Shown: positions 18,647 to 27,347 of the stretch, piece after piece
How the letters are laid out: each line of letters starts with the position of its first letter
How positions within the stretch are numbered: position 1 is the stretch's first letter
Source of the DNA: an uncultured Clostridia bacterium
Lineage (GTDB): Bacteria; Acidobacteriota; Aminicenantia; JBFLYD01; JBBIMS01
DNA: 64,000 nt
Direction of reading: 5' to 3'
NCBI GenBank assembly: GCA_964649495.1
Contig: CAZYPR010000003.1
Span: 17,879 to 81,878, forward strand
The notes under the pieces: model-generated
What the model was told of the DNA's origin: nothing
The model's input: only the letters and a program-made list of their open reading frames with translations
The model's database searches: none
Position numbers and translations under genes: made by a program

Positions 18647-19056
18647 GAGAAATTCGCAAGAAAATTTAAATAACATATTTTTTTTATCTTATCTATGAGT
18701 GGATGGAATGGCATATGGCTACTTGGGACGATAGAATGATTAGAAGTGGTGCTATTGATCATGATTATTTGAAACCTCATTTTCAAGATCCATTACAGGG
18801 AAGCACCTTTTTAGAGAATTCAACATACTGAGATAATTTCTTAAAAGGAGTCATGCCAATTCCTGAATGAAATCTTATTGTATTATACCGTATCTTTTAA
18901 GGACATATCTAACAGTTGATGACTTTTTTTTGTCTTCAGGAATGATGGGTTTAATATATCTCCTACTCCATGGCTTATTCTTACCCTGATTACTATGTCC
19001 TAACCAGAAAGAGGGAAATATTTGACTCTTTTTTATCTTTATTCCATTATAATTAT

Positions 19057-20382
19057 ATGCTTGAGATTGTTTCTTCAGGGATTGAAAAGGCTCTAAGATT
19101 CATAAAAGGTGAGGGTAAACTCACTGAGTCAAATCTCAATCAAGCTCTCCGAGATGTAAGGCTTTCCCTTCTCCAGGCTGATGTGAATCTCAATGTTGTC
19201 AAGGATTTTATTGAGAGGGTCAAGACAAAAGCCCTTGGAAAAGAAGTCATGGAAAGCTTTACCCCATACACTCTTCTTGTAAAGATTGTAAGAGATGAAC
19301 TGTTAGAACTCTTTGGAAAAGAGAGCAAGCCCCTTCAATTTTCAAGCAAAATTCCCACAATTTTTATGCTTGCTGGTCTTCAGGGCACAGGAAAGACAAC
19401 AACCGCAGGAAAACTCGCTCTCTATCTCAAAGGGAATGGATATTCTCCAATCCTTGCATCCATTGATATGAAAAGACCCGCAGCCAAGAGCCAGCTTAAA
19501 ACAATTGCCCAATCAATAGGAATACCTTTTTATGATGTTAAGGAAGGGAATTTGATAGAAATAGTTAGTGAGCTCCTCAAGTTTGTTAAAGATAGAGGTT
19601 TCAATCCATTGATTGTTGATACTGCAGGGAGACTCCATGTTGACGATGAATTGATGAAAGAGTTAAAAGAGTTAAAAAGTTTGCTTCAACCTTCAGAGAC
19701 AATTTACATAGCAGATTCCATGACAGGACAGGATGCAGTAAGATCAGCCAAGATATTTGACGAGAAAATCGGTATAACCTCAATTATTCTTACAAAACTT
19801 GATGGAGACCAGAGAGGAGGAGCAGCTCTTTCAATTGTTTCTGTCACAGGAAAGCCAATAAAATTTATTGGCATAGGAGAAAAACATACAGATTTTCAAC
19901 CTTTCTATCCTGATCGTCTTGTCTCCAGAATCCTGGGGATGGGAGATATCCTCACCCTTGTTGAGAAAGCAGAAAAAGAAATTGACATAAAAAAAGCTGA
20001 AGAGATGGAAAAGAAGCTCAGAAAGGAGGAATTTACCCTTGAAGATTTAAGAGAACAATTGAAAATGATTAGGAAGATGGGTTCTTTCAAAGATATTCTT
20101 GAGCATCTTCCCGCAATCGGACCATTGAAAGCTCTTTCAGGAATTGATATTGACGACAGGAGAATTATCCACATGATTGCAATAATAGATTCAATGACTC
20201 CAAAGGAGAGACTACATCCCGAGAAGATAGATGGAAGAAGAAAGCTTAGAATTGCAAGAGGTTCAGGAAGGCCTGTCCAAGAAGTAAATCAGCTGATTCG
20301 TAATTTCCTTGAAATGAAAAAGTTGATGAAAAAATCAAGCTTTAAAAGACTCTTCAGTCTTGGAAATTTTCTGAAGGGTTAA
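19057..20382 (+). CDS. ffh: Signal recognition particle protein Ffh
   Basis: It has the N-domain ALRFIKGEGKLTESNLNQALRDVRLSLLQADVNLNVVKDF and the G-domain GLQGTGKTTTAGKLA...DTAGR...TKLDGD, plus a Met-rich M-domain. The ORF track start at 18970 is an in-frame upstream extension that is not homologous to Ffh. Confidence 0.9.
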   Translation: MLEIVSSGIEKALRFIKGEGKLTESNLNQALRDVRLSLLQADVNLNVVKDFIERVKTKALGKEVMESFTPYTLLVKIVRDELLELFGKESKPLQFSSKIPTIFMLAGLQGTGKTTTAGKLALYLKGNGYSPILASIDMKRPAAKSQLKTIAQSIGIPFYDVKEGNLIEIVSELLKFVKDRGFNPLIVDTAGRLHVDDELMKELKELKSLLQPSETIYIADSMTGQDAVRSAKIFDEKIGITSIILTKLDGDQRGGAALSIVSVTGKPIKFIGIGEKHTDFQPFYPDRLVSRILGMGDILTLVEKAEKEIDIKKAEEMEKKLRKEEFTLEDLREQLKMIRKMGSFKDILEHLPAIGPLKALSGIDIDDRRIIHMIAIIDSMTPKERLHPEKIDGRRKLRIARGSGRPVQEVNQLIRNFLEMKKLMKKSSFKRLFSLGNFLKG

Positions 20383-20383
20383 A

Positions 20384-20749
20384 TTGAAAAAAGAAGAATT
20401 TGAAATAATCGTTGAAGAGGTTATAGACTCACTTCCTGAGATTTTTAAAGAGAAACTGGATAATGTAGTAATAATGGTTGAGGATTGGCCATCAAATTCT
20501 GACCTCAAGTCCCTTGATCTTAAATCGAAAGATTTTCTATTTGGGCTTTACAGAGGAATCCCTCTGACTAAAAGGGGAGCATTTTACGGGAATTTCCCAC
20601 CCGATTGCATTGTTATATTCCAAAAACCTCTTGAGAATGCTTTCAAAGATATAAATGAAATGAAAAGAGAAATTGCAAAGACAGTTATGCACGAAATCGC
20701 CCACCACTTTGGATTCAATGAAGAAATGTTGAGAAAATTGGGCTATTAA
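20384..20749 (+). CDS. Small zinc metallopeptidase-family protein (minimal zincin/MMP-like, HExxH)
   Basis: It has the C-terminal HEIAHHFGFNEE (HExxH...E) zincin motif. It is 121 aa with a TTG start 2 nt after the ffh stop. Confidence 0.5.
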   Translation: MKKEEFEIIVEEVIDSLPEIFKEKLDNVVIMVEDWPSNSDLKSLDLKSKDFLFGLYRGIPLTKRGAFYGNFPPDCIVIFQKPLENAFKDINEMKREIAKTVMHEIAHHFGFNEEMLRKLGY

Positions 20750-20763
20750 AAAACAGGCATAAG

Positions 20764-20991
20764 CTATGAACAACTGTCGCAACTGGTTAATGAACATGTT
20801 GAACATGAAGATTTTGAGCTTACAGAGCTTTTAAATTTACTGCCGGAAGAAAACCCAAAGGTTGAAAAGAGCTTTTCCAGTTCCTCTGAACCACACTTTT
20901 CGCAAACAATTTTTTCAGATTTGCCGATTACAAGTTTTTCAAATTTCTCTCCGCATTTTTTACATTTATACTCAAATACAGGCATTTTCAA
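20764..20991 (-). CDS. FmdB-family zinc-ribbon protein
   Basis: It starts MPVFEYKCKKCGEKFEKLV...CEKCGSEELEKL, the classic FmdB N-terminal CxxC...CxxC ribbon, with a Ser/Cys-rich tail. Confidence 0.7.
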   Translation of the reverse strand: MKMPVFEYKCKKCGEKFEKLVIGKSEKIVCEKCGSEELEKLFSTFGFSSGSKFKSSVSSKSSCSTCSLTSCDSCS

Positions 20992-21131
20992 TCTCCTCTC
21001 AAAGATTATATTTTAACTTTAAAGAAAAAATTTGTAAAATTTCCAATGAAAAGTTAAGAGGGATATTCGATAACTCATACAATTTCTTGACAATGTTGGA
21101 GCTATTGTTTATAAAAGAGAGAGGAGGAAAG

Positions 21132-21662
21132 ATGAGAACCTGTTTTATTTTCAGTGGTGTGTTCTGGGGAGCTATTCTTATTCTCCTTGGAATATCAATA
21201 ATTCTAAGAAGCTTGCTCAATATTAATATTCCTTTTTTTCAGCTACTTATTTCTTTCTTTTTCATTTATATTGGTATAAGTATTCTTGCAGGAGGAGTGT
21301 GCTGGAAAAGATCACCGAGAACAATAGTTTTTGAAGAAAGGGAGGTCGAGGGGAGAGCTCACGATAAATACGATGTTGTATTTGGAAGGGCGGAAATTGA
21401 CCTTACAAAGGTATCCCTTGAGAAGGGAGATGTTAAAGTCTCTGTTAATACAGTTTTTGGCTCAGGGATTATAAAACTTAGCTCTCAGATTCCCGCTGAA
21501 GTAAGGGTTAACTCTGTTTTTGCTGAGGCGAAATTTCCCGATGGAAATTCAATACTTATGGGGAAATACATTTATAGAACAAAGGAGATCAAGGAAGGGG
21601 AGAACCGTCTAATAGTTGATGGGGATGTTGTCTTCGGCTCAATGGAAATAGTAACGAAATAG
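21132..21662 (+). CDS. Membrane protein with a C-terminal LiaF-like/DUF4097-like beta domain
   Basis: The ATG at 21132 follows the gagaggaggaaag RBS. Two TM helices are followed by repeated [VI]xFG[RS] units (VVFGRAEIDL...NTVFGSGIIKL...NSVFAEAKF...DVVFGSMEI), as in the LiaF C-terminal domain. The ORF track start at 20862 overlaps the FmdB gene and is unlikely. Confidence 0.45.
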   Translation: MRTCFIFSGVFWGAILILLGISIILRSLLNINIPFFQLLISFFFIYIGISILAGGVCWKRSPRTIVFEEREVEGRAHDKYDVVFGRAEIDLTKVSLEKGDVKVSVNTVFGSGIIKLSSQIPAEVRVNSVFAEAKFPDGNSILMGKYIYRTKEIKEGENRLIVDGDVVFGSMEIVTK

Positions 21663-21758
21663 GTAGATAAAGATTAATCTCAAAACCCGAATATTTTAAA
21701 AATAATGGTTCAGGTCAAAATGGAGAAAAAAGTTCTGGAGCTGATAAGTCTCATCCCT

Positions 21759-22175
21759 TCATTCGAGAATTAGGGTGTTACCCCTTACTTCTTTTATTCG
21801 GAGCACATCACCTTTTGATGGTTTTTTATCAGCAATTTTCCCTACCCACTCAGAACCATTTACTTTAACAAGGTATTTCCCTTCGTAAGAATCTATCTCT
21901 TCAATGACAACCGCTTCCTTCTCCAAAAGGCTCTCAGGTCCAACATCCTCCTTAAAAGTTTTAGCCACTTTATCTGCAAACCTTCTCGTGGAAAAAATTA
22001 GAATGAGAGAGAGAATGATAAATGCTAACCACTGGAAAACTGACTTTAATCCAATTAAGGCAAAAATTGAAACAATTAATGCAGATACGCCAAACCACAA
22101 TATTACAAACCCTGGAACGAATATCTCTGCTGAGCAAAGGAGAATTCCAACTATTAACCAGTAATACCAAGGCAT
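21759..22175 (-). CDS. NfeD-family membrane protein (short form with an OB-fold C-terminus)
   Basis: It starts MPWYYWLIVGILLCSAEIFVPGFVILWFGVSALIV with 3 TM segments, and ends in the beta-rich GDVLRIKEVRGNTLILE. It is the immediate downstream partner of the SPFH gene. Confidence 0.7.
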   Translation of the reverse strand: MPWYYWLIVGILLCSAEIFVPGFVILWFGVSALIVSIFALIGLKSVFQWLAFIILSLILIFSTRRFADKVAKTFKEDVGPESLLEKEAVVIEEIDSYEGKYLVKVNGSEWVGKIADKKPSKGDVLRIKEVRGNTLILE

Positions 22176-22178
22176 ATT

Positions 22179-23099
22179 TTATCCCTCCTTTTTGGGCTTT
22201 TCTTCTGAGAATATCTCTTTTATTCCTGCAAGACCGCTGAGAATTCCTGTTGCCTCTATGGGAAGGAAAATTTTAGTTGCCTGTCCTTGAGCTATTGCAG
22301 ATAAAGCTTCAAGATATTTCAAAGTTATTAAATCCATGGTAGGTTTCCCCTGATGAATGGAATTGAAAACCTTTATTATTGCCTCACCTTCACCTTCCGC
22401 AATTGCTATCTTCTCGTACTTTTTTGCATCAGCGACCTTTCTTATTGCTTCAGCCTGACCCTCTGCTTTCTTGATAGCTGCTTCCCTCTGTCCTTCGGCT
22501 TCAAGAATTGCAGACTGCTTCTTACCTTCAGCCTCGAGAATCATTGCTCTTTTGTCCCTCTCAGCCTTCATCTGTCTATGCATTGCCTGCATTACATCAG
22601 AAGGAGGATCAATCCTCTTAATCTCCACTCTTGTCACTTTAACACCCCATTTTTCAGTCGCATCATCAAGAGTCTGGCGAAGTTTTTTGTTAATTATCTC
22701 CCTGGATACAAGGGTCTGATCAAGGTCCATCTCTCCAATCATATTTCTGAGACTTGTCTGAGCCAATCTTGTAACCGCCAATCTGAAGTTTGCGATACTG
22801 TAGTAAAGCTTGAAGGGATCAGTGACCTCATAATAAACAATGGCATCAACAGTAACAACAACATTGTCTTTTGTAATAACTTCCTGAGGTTCAATATCTA
22901 CAACCTGTTCCCTTATATCTACTTTTTGAATGGTCTCTAAGAATGGAATTAAAAAAGTTATACCTGAACCAACTGTCCTCTTGTACTTTCCTAATCTTAC
23001 AACAATTCCTCTTTCATTGGGCTGTAGCATTCTTATTGAAGTCAACCCGAAAAGGATAACAAAAAAGATCAGAAAAAACAGGATTACAAAATTTGACAC
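22179..23099 (-). CDS. SPFH/Band 7 domain protein (stomatin/prohibitin-like)
   Basis: An N-terminal TM segment is followed by the SPFH core (IVYYEVTDPFKLYYSIANFRLAVTRLAQTSLRNMIGEMDLD) and a coiled-coil A/E/K-rich tail. Confidence 0.85.
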   Translation of the reverse strand: MSNFVILFFLIFFVILFGLTSIRMLQPNERGIVVRLGKYKRTVGSGITFLIPFLETIQKVDIREQVVDIEPQEVITKDNVVVTVDAIVYYEVTDPFKLYYSIANFRLAVTRLAQTSLRNMIGEMDLDQTLVSREIINKKLRQTLDDATEKWGVKVTRVEIKRIDPPSDVMQAMHRQMKAERDKRAMILEAEGKKQSAILEAEGQREAAIKKAEGQAEAIRKVADAKKYEKIAIAEGEGEAIIKVFNSIHQGKPTMDLITLKYLEALSAIAQGQATKIFLPIEATGILSGLAGIKEIFSEEKPKKEG

Positions 23100-23157
23100 T
23101 TAACCCTCCTAAAAGAATAAATTCTTAAGTAATTAAGATAATCCAATCTTTGTAATT

Positions 23158-23649
23158 TTGTCAATTTTTCAGACCTTAGGTTTTTATTTTACATCTTTTA
23201 TTTTTTCTGCTAAAATCTTTTTAATGAAAAATTTTTATTACTGGCTTTTCTTTATAGGAACTGTAGTATTGCTTTCTGCAATTGTAGGATATCCCTTTCT
23301 TGTGAAAATTCATAGCCCTTTTGCGCCCTTTGTTCATCTTTCCTTTTCCTTTGTCTGCCACCAAAAAGAGGAAAGATGCTTCCATATAAACGGGACTCCA
23401 CTACCAGTCTGTTCAAGATGCACGGGTATTTATACAGGTTTTCTTTTCGGGGTTTTGCTTTTCCCTTTATTAAGAAGATCCCTTTCTTTCAAATGGTTTT
23501 ACCTTCCTTTAAGCGCCTTCCCTATTGGTTTTGAAATATTAATTGAAAAAATGGGAATTTTAAATGAAAACATGGTGAGATTCTCATCCTCAATAGTTTT
23601 TGGGTTCTTCCTTTCATATACAGCAATCTGGAGTTTGAAGGAAAATTAA
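23158..23649 (+). CDS. DUF2085-family membrane protein
   Basis: It contains VCHQKEERCFHINGTPLPVCSRCTGIYTGFLFG, which matches the DUF2085 CHQxxER...CxRCxGIY signature. The start could be at the internal MKNFYYW. Confidence 0.55.
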   Translation: MSIFQTLGFYFTSFIFSAKIFLMKNFYYWLFFIGTVVLLSAIVGYPFLVKIHSPFAPFVHLSFSFVCHQKEERCFHINGTPLPVCSRCTGIYTGFLFGVLLFPLLRRSLSFKWFYLPLSAFPIGFEILIEKMGILNENMVRFSSSIVFGFFLSYTAIWSLKEN

Positions 23650-23730
23650 TGAAAAGAATCGAAAATGCAAAGATTCGAATAAAATTAATTTTTAACTTTT
23701 TAATTTTAAATTTTATTTCTGGAGGGTAAA

Positions 23731-24225
23731 ATGGAAGAAAGACCAAATATTTTAAAAGCCTCTCTAATAGCAGGAGTTGTTGCGGGATTTCTTTCAGGCT
23801 TGCCTTTGATTGGCTTTGTGAATCTATGCTTTTGTCTCTGGATAATTCTTGGGGGAATTCTATCCTCATACATTTTAACTTCGGGTTTCCCTCAACCTGT
23901 AAAAAGTGGAGATCATATGATTTCAGGTCTTCTCACTGGAGTTTTTGCTGCTATCATCTCTTTCATTGTCAGTATTCCATTTATGGCTGTTTCAGCAAAA
24001 TTTATGGAAAGGATACTCGATACAATTTTAAGAGCGTATGGAGAAGGTATCCCCCCAGATTTTGAATCGGCATTAAGGAGTAGAGAATTCTCAATTGCTT
24101 TCATCCCCCTTTATGTTGCAGGTCTTATTATAAACATGGTGATTTACGGAATATTTGGATTGATAGGTGGTCTTATTGGTGGAGCAATTTTTAAAAAGGA
24201 GATCCCTCCTCAGGAGATTAAATAA
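23731..24225 (+). CDS. Hypothetical polytopic membrane protein
   Basis: It has four predicted TM helices and a strong RBS (ggagggtaaaatg), with no recognisable motif. Confidence 0.4.
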   Translation: MEERPNILKASLIAGVVAGFLSGLPLIGFVNLCFCLWIILGGILSSYILTSGFPQPVKSGDHMISGLLTGVFAAIISFIVSIPFMAVSAKFMERILDTILRAYGEGIPPDFESALRSREFSIAFIPLYVAGLIINMVIYGIFGLIGGLIGGAIFKKEIPPQEIK

Positions 24226-24231
24226 AAGCTT

Positions 24232-25185
24232 ATGTTAATAAAGAAAAACTCCACCTTCCCGAAAACAAGAGTTATTGTTAATCCTGAATCCTCAAAGGGT
24301 GAAACAAGGAAGAAATGGTCACAAATAAAGGATGCCCTCAAATCTTTCATAAGAGAATTCAGATTTGAATTTACAGAAAAACCCCTTCAAGCCACAGAGA
24401 TTACAAGAGATTCGATTAAGGAAGGGTATGAATTTATAGTGGGAGTTGGTGGAGATGGAACTGTAAATGAGATAGCCAATGGATTTTTCGAAAATGAGAA
24501 GATTATGAATCCTGATGCTACAATGGGTATTATTCCCTCTGGAACTGGAAACGATTTTTCTAAATCCCTTAGGATTCCAAAGAAGATTAAGGAAGCCATA
24601 AAGTATTTAAAGGAAGGGCATGTTTTCAAGATTGATGTGGGAAAAGTTAAATTCATCGACCATAATGGTTTTGAGACCACAAGGTTCTTTCTAAATGTTG
24701 CTGATTTTGGAATTGGAGGAGAGGTTGTAAAAAGGGTTAACAAAAAAGATATTACAAAAAGAGGGAAATGGACATACTGGAGAGCTCTTTTTGAATCTGC
24801 AATTAAATTTAAAGGTTGTAAAGTAAAAGTTTCCATTGGAGATAAAGAGATTACAAAAAATTTCTTTATAGGTGCTGTTGCCAATGGAAAAATATTTGGA
24901 GGTAATATGCTAATTGCTCCCTCAGCATCCCTTGAAGACGGTCTTTTCGATATTGTCCTTGTGGAAAATATATCTCTATTAGAACTTTTAAAGAACGGGG
25001 TGAGGTTGATAAAAGGAACCCATTTAATCCACCCAAAGGTTCAGTTTTTCAGAGAAAAGAGAATAAGGGCTGTTCCTGAGGAGGGTAATGTTCTTATTGA
25101 GATGGATGGTGAACAGCCTGGCTATCTTCCCGCAGTATTCGAAATTGTTCCTGCAACAATAAGAGTTAAAGGTGCTTTGAGATGA
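24232..25185 (+). CDS. Lipid kinase of the diacylglycerol-kinase catalytic-domain family (YegS/BmrU-like)
   Basis: It has the GVGGDGTVNEIANG (GGDG) motif and GIIPSGTGNDF, the DAGK_cat fold. It is 317 aa. Confidence 0.75.
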   Translation: MLIKKNSTFPKTRVIVNPESSKGETRKKWSQIKDALKSFIREFRFEFTEKPLQATEITRDSIKEGYEFIVGVGGDGTVNEIANGFFENEKIMNPDATMGIIPSGTGNDFSKSLRIPKKIKEAIKYLKEGHVFKIDVGKVKFIDHNGFETTRFFLNVADFGIGGEVVKRVNKKDITKRGKWTYWRALFESAIKFKGCKVKVSIGDKEITKNFFIGAVANGKIFGGNMLIAPSASLEDGLFDIVLVENISLLELLKNGVRLIKGTHLIHPKVQFFREKRIRAVPEEGNVLIEMDGEQPGYLPAVFEIVPATIRVKGALR

Positions 25186-25670
25186 GAAATTAGTTCATAT
25201 CTTACAGCAGTTTTATAAAAAGTTCTTTCAAAGAGATATGTCAAGCCCTCCGTAAATTCTTTTCCAGTTGAAAGATTGGTTTTTATGACCCTGTAATCTA
25301 TCCTTATTGCAATTATTCCAAGGAAAATTTTTATTCCTCCACCGTAATTTTTGAAACTTTCATATGTAGAGATGTCTGATTTTTCTCCTGATAATCCGTA
25401 GCCTATGGTAATATAAGGAGCGAAACTTGCAAGGTCTAATGATAAAAGGGGATTTGCAGAGATAAAGTTCATGGAATTTGAAGTAAGACGAAATCCTTCG
25501 AGCTCCAACTGGATGAATGGAAACATATCCCATGCGAGAGCCACTCCATAAAGCTTTTTCCAGTCGTCGGTTTTAATTCCTCCAAAACCTGTAAGATCAA
25601 TGGAAAAAAGATTTCCCATGAAAAATAAAATACCCAAAAGAAAAATAATCTTTTTCATTTTTCCTCCCAT
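25122..25670 (-). CDS. Hypothetical small outer-membrane beta-barrel protein
   Basis: It has a signal peptide (MKKIIFLLGILFFMGNLFS, with an internal start likely) and alternating beta-strand patterning. It converges on and overlaps the lipid kinase 3' end by about 60 nt, so the end or validity is uncertain. Confidence 0.35.
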   Translation of the reverse strand: MGGKMKKIIFLLGILFFMGNLFSIDLTGFGGIKTDDWKKLYGVALAWDMFPFIQLELEGFRLTSNSMNFISANPLLSLDLASFAPYITIGYGLSGEKSDISTYESFKNYGGGIKIFLGIIAIRIDYRVIKTNLSTGKEFTEGLTYLFERTFYKTAVRYELISHLKAPLTLIVAGTISNTAGR

Positions 25671-25706
25671 ATCGTAAAATCTAACCCTTCAGACAAGCAA
25701 TAAAGA

Positions 25707-26147
25707 TTATCTATTTGTCAATTCCTCTCTCAAGTAATTTTTTACCCTTTCCAAAAAACTTTTATACAAAGGTTCTGTTTCCTGAACGAATCTCTTTATA
25801 GAAGCCCATCTTATATCAAGATATTCGTGAGCAATAATATTTCTAAGAGACACCCATCGAGATATTTTCTCCATCTCTTCTTTATCGAATCCCTTTACAA
25901 GAGATAAAAATGAAATTATTTCTCTATAGGTTTCTGGAAGCTTTATATCTTCAGCGGTAAGTATTAGTTTAGATATATCAATGGAAGAATTCACTATATT
26001 TTCTATCCATCTTTCAACATCTCTTCTTTTACTTCTATTAATGTTGTATTCCTCCCAGCTGAGATCTCTAAAAAAAGAATAATCTTCTATCTCCTTTTCA
26101 ATAAAGTTTACATGTTTGATAATTCTTTCTCTCAGTTCTTCTTTCAT
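25707..26147 (-). CDS. HepT-like HEPN toxin (DUF86), second type VII toxin-antitoxin pair
   Basis: It has the Rx4HxY motif RNIIAHEY. It is 146 aa and overlaps the upstream MNT gene by 4 nt. Confidence 0.65.
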   Translation of the reverse strand: MKEELRERIIKHVNFIEKEIEDYSFFRDLSWEEYNINRSKRRDVERWIENIVNSSIDISKLILTAEDIKLPETYREIISFLSLVKGFDKEEMEKISRWVSLRNIIAHEYLDIRWASIKRFVQETEPLYKSFLERVKNYLREELTNR

Positions 26148-26560
26148 TTCTTTCCTCTTTCAAGAAAATTTTTAAAGAGCATTTCTCTGAAATCTATTGC
26201 TTCCGAGGTGATTACTTCCATAAATTTAATGTAAAGCCCCCTGTCATTTATCGCAAGTGGTGTACCTCTGATTGCACTCGCAGAAATACTCGCAGATGCT
26301 CTATTCATAACAATAAGTTCTACCTCCTTTTTTAATATTTTCTCAATATCAGACCATATTTTATCCTCAGCTTCGTAAAATATATCCTTTTCATACTCTA
26401 TCGGATGTCTTTCTTCAGGATAAAAGTATACTGCAATATCAACATCTGATAGATTATGGGTAGTCCCTTTAGCTTGTGAGCCAAACAAAAAGGCAAAGGC
26501 AATGTCCTTACGATTTCTAAAATACTCTCTCAACAATTCTAAATTTTTCTCTTCTATCAT
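26144..26560 (-). CDS. Minimal nucleotidyltransferase (MNT antitoxin)
   Basis: It contains FLFGSQAKGTTHNLSDVDIAVYF, the GSx10DxD motif, and is 138 aa. Confidence 0.7.
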   Translation of the reverse strand: MIEEKNLELLREYFRNRKDIAFAFLFGSQAKGTTHNLSDVDIAVYFYPEERHPIEYEKDIFYEAEDKIWSDIEKILKKEVELIVMNRASASISASAIRGTPLAINDRGLYIKFMEVITSEAIDFREMLFKNFLERGKK

Positions 26561-26634
26561 CTTCTTTACAATTATAAATTAGGAAATTCCTAAAACAAAT
26601 TTAAACCTTAATTTTTAAAAAATGGGATTTAGAA

Positions 26635-26727
26635 TGGCGGAGAGGGTGGGATTCGAACCCACGCTCCGACTCATCGTCGGAGAATCGCTTAGCAGGCGAC
26701 CCTGTTCAACCACTCCAGCACCTCTCC
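26635..26727 (-). tRNA. tRNA-Ser (anticodon GCU), class II with a long variable arm
   Basis: The minus-strand sequence is GGAGAGG-TG-...-GTCGC-CTGCTAA-GCGAT-(21-nt variable arm)-GTGGG-TTCGAAT-CCCAC-CCTCTCC-GCCA. The acceptor stem is 7 bp, the T-loop is TTCGAAT, the anticodon loop CTGCTAA carries GCT, and the CCA is encoded. Confidence 0.85.
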
Positions 26728-26900
26728 TTTAGTTTTTAAAATACCACAGAGTTAAGATTTCTTCAACAATTGCAAGAGTCAAAATTTTTAATGGCTTTTG
26801 TGATATAATAGTTGAGCAGTCTAAAGAGAGATGCTTCAAGGATTTTTCTTGTCTTGAGACATAGTTGTTATACTCATTCCCTTCAGGTTAAAATATTTTT

Positions 26901-27347
26901 ATGCGAAGGAATTGGATTGTATTGATTCTTCTGACAATCTCATTTTTTCATACACCCCCCCTTAAAGGAGAAGAGGAAAAAAAAATGAGCTCCCTTGAAA
27001 AATCTCTTGTCCTTCCTGGATGGGGGCAAATTTCTGAAAAAAGATATTTAGAAGGAATAATTTTTGCAAGCGCAGAACTTTTCTGTATTGGAGGAATTAT
27101 TAAAAATCAAAGAGAGGGGAACAAATACTATAAACTATATAAAAATGCGGATAACACACAGGATGCTATCAAATTCAGGGAGTTGACTATTAAGTTTGAC
27201 AAGAGGAGAAACAGATTTATTGCAGGAGCAATAGCTGTTTGGGGATTGAATCTCATTGATATGTCTCTAAAAACTAAAAAAAAGAAAAATATAATTTTAA
27301 AATTTGGAGGAGAATCCATTGAGGTCTCATTCAAAAGGGAGTTTTAG
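26901..27347 (+). CDS. Hypothetical exported/membrane protein
   Basis: An N-terminal hydrophobic segment is followed by an LPGWGQ motif and a second hydrophobic segment (FIAGAIAVWGLNLI). It is 148 aa. An extended -10 (TGATATAAT) lies about 60 nt upstream. Confidence 0.35.
   Translation: MRRNWIVLILLTISFFHTPPLKGEEEKKMSSLEKSLVLPGWGQISEKRYLEGIIFASAELFCIGGIIKNQREGNKYYKLYKNADNTQDAIKFRELTIKFDKRRNRFIAGAIAVWGLNLIDMSLKTKKKKNIILKFGGESIEVSFKREF

Noticed and set aside
18464-18673. 69-aa ORF (MVIMERSSMDGLEGVS...) with a plausible aaggtgg RBS inside the GC-rich intergenic element
   Set aside because: Its amino-acid composition is unlike the K/E/I-rich proteome, it reads straight through the stem plus T7 terminator, and no motif is recognisable. 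It is more parsimonious as non-coding structured RNA, and it is kept only as a low-probability alternative.
18970-19056. In-frame N-terminal extension of ffh (MAYSYPDYYVLTRKREIFDSFLSLFHYNY) suggested by the ORF track
   Set aside because: It is not homologous to the Ffh N-domain. Canonical Ffh begins at the internal Met (MLEIVSSGIEKALRFIKGEGKLTE...), so the start is reassigned to 19057.
20862-21131. Upstream in-frame part of the 266-aa ORF overlapping the FmdB gene
   Set aside because: It overlaps a well-supported convergent gene and has no RBS. The internal ATG at 21132 with the GAGGAGG RBS gives a sensible membrane-protein start.
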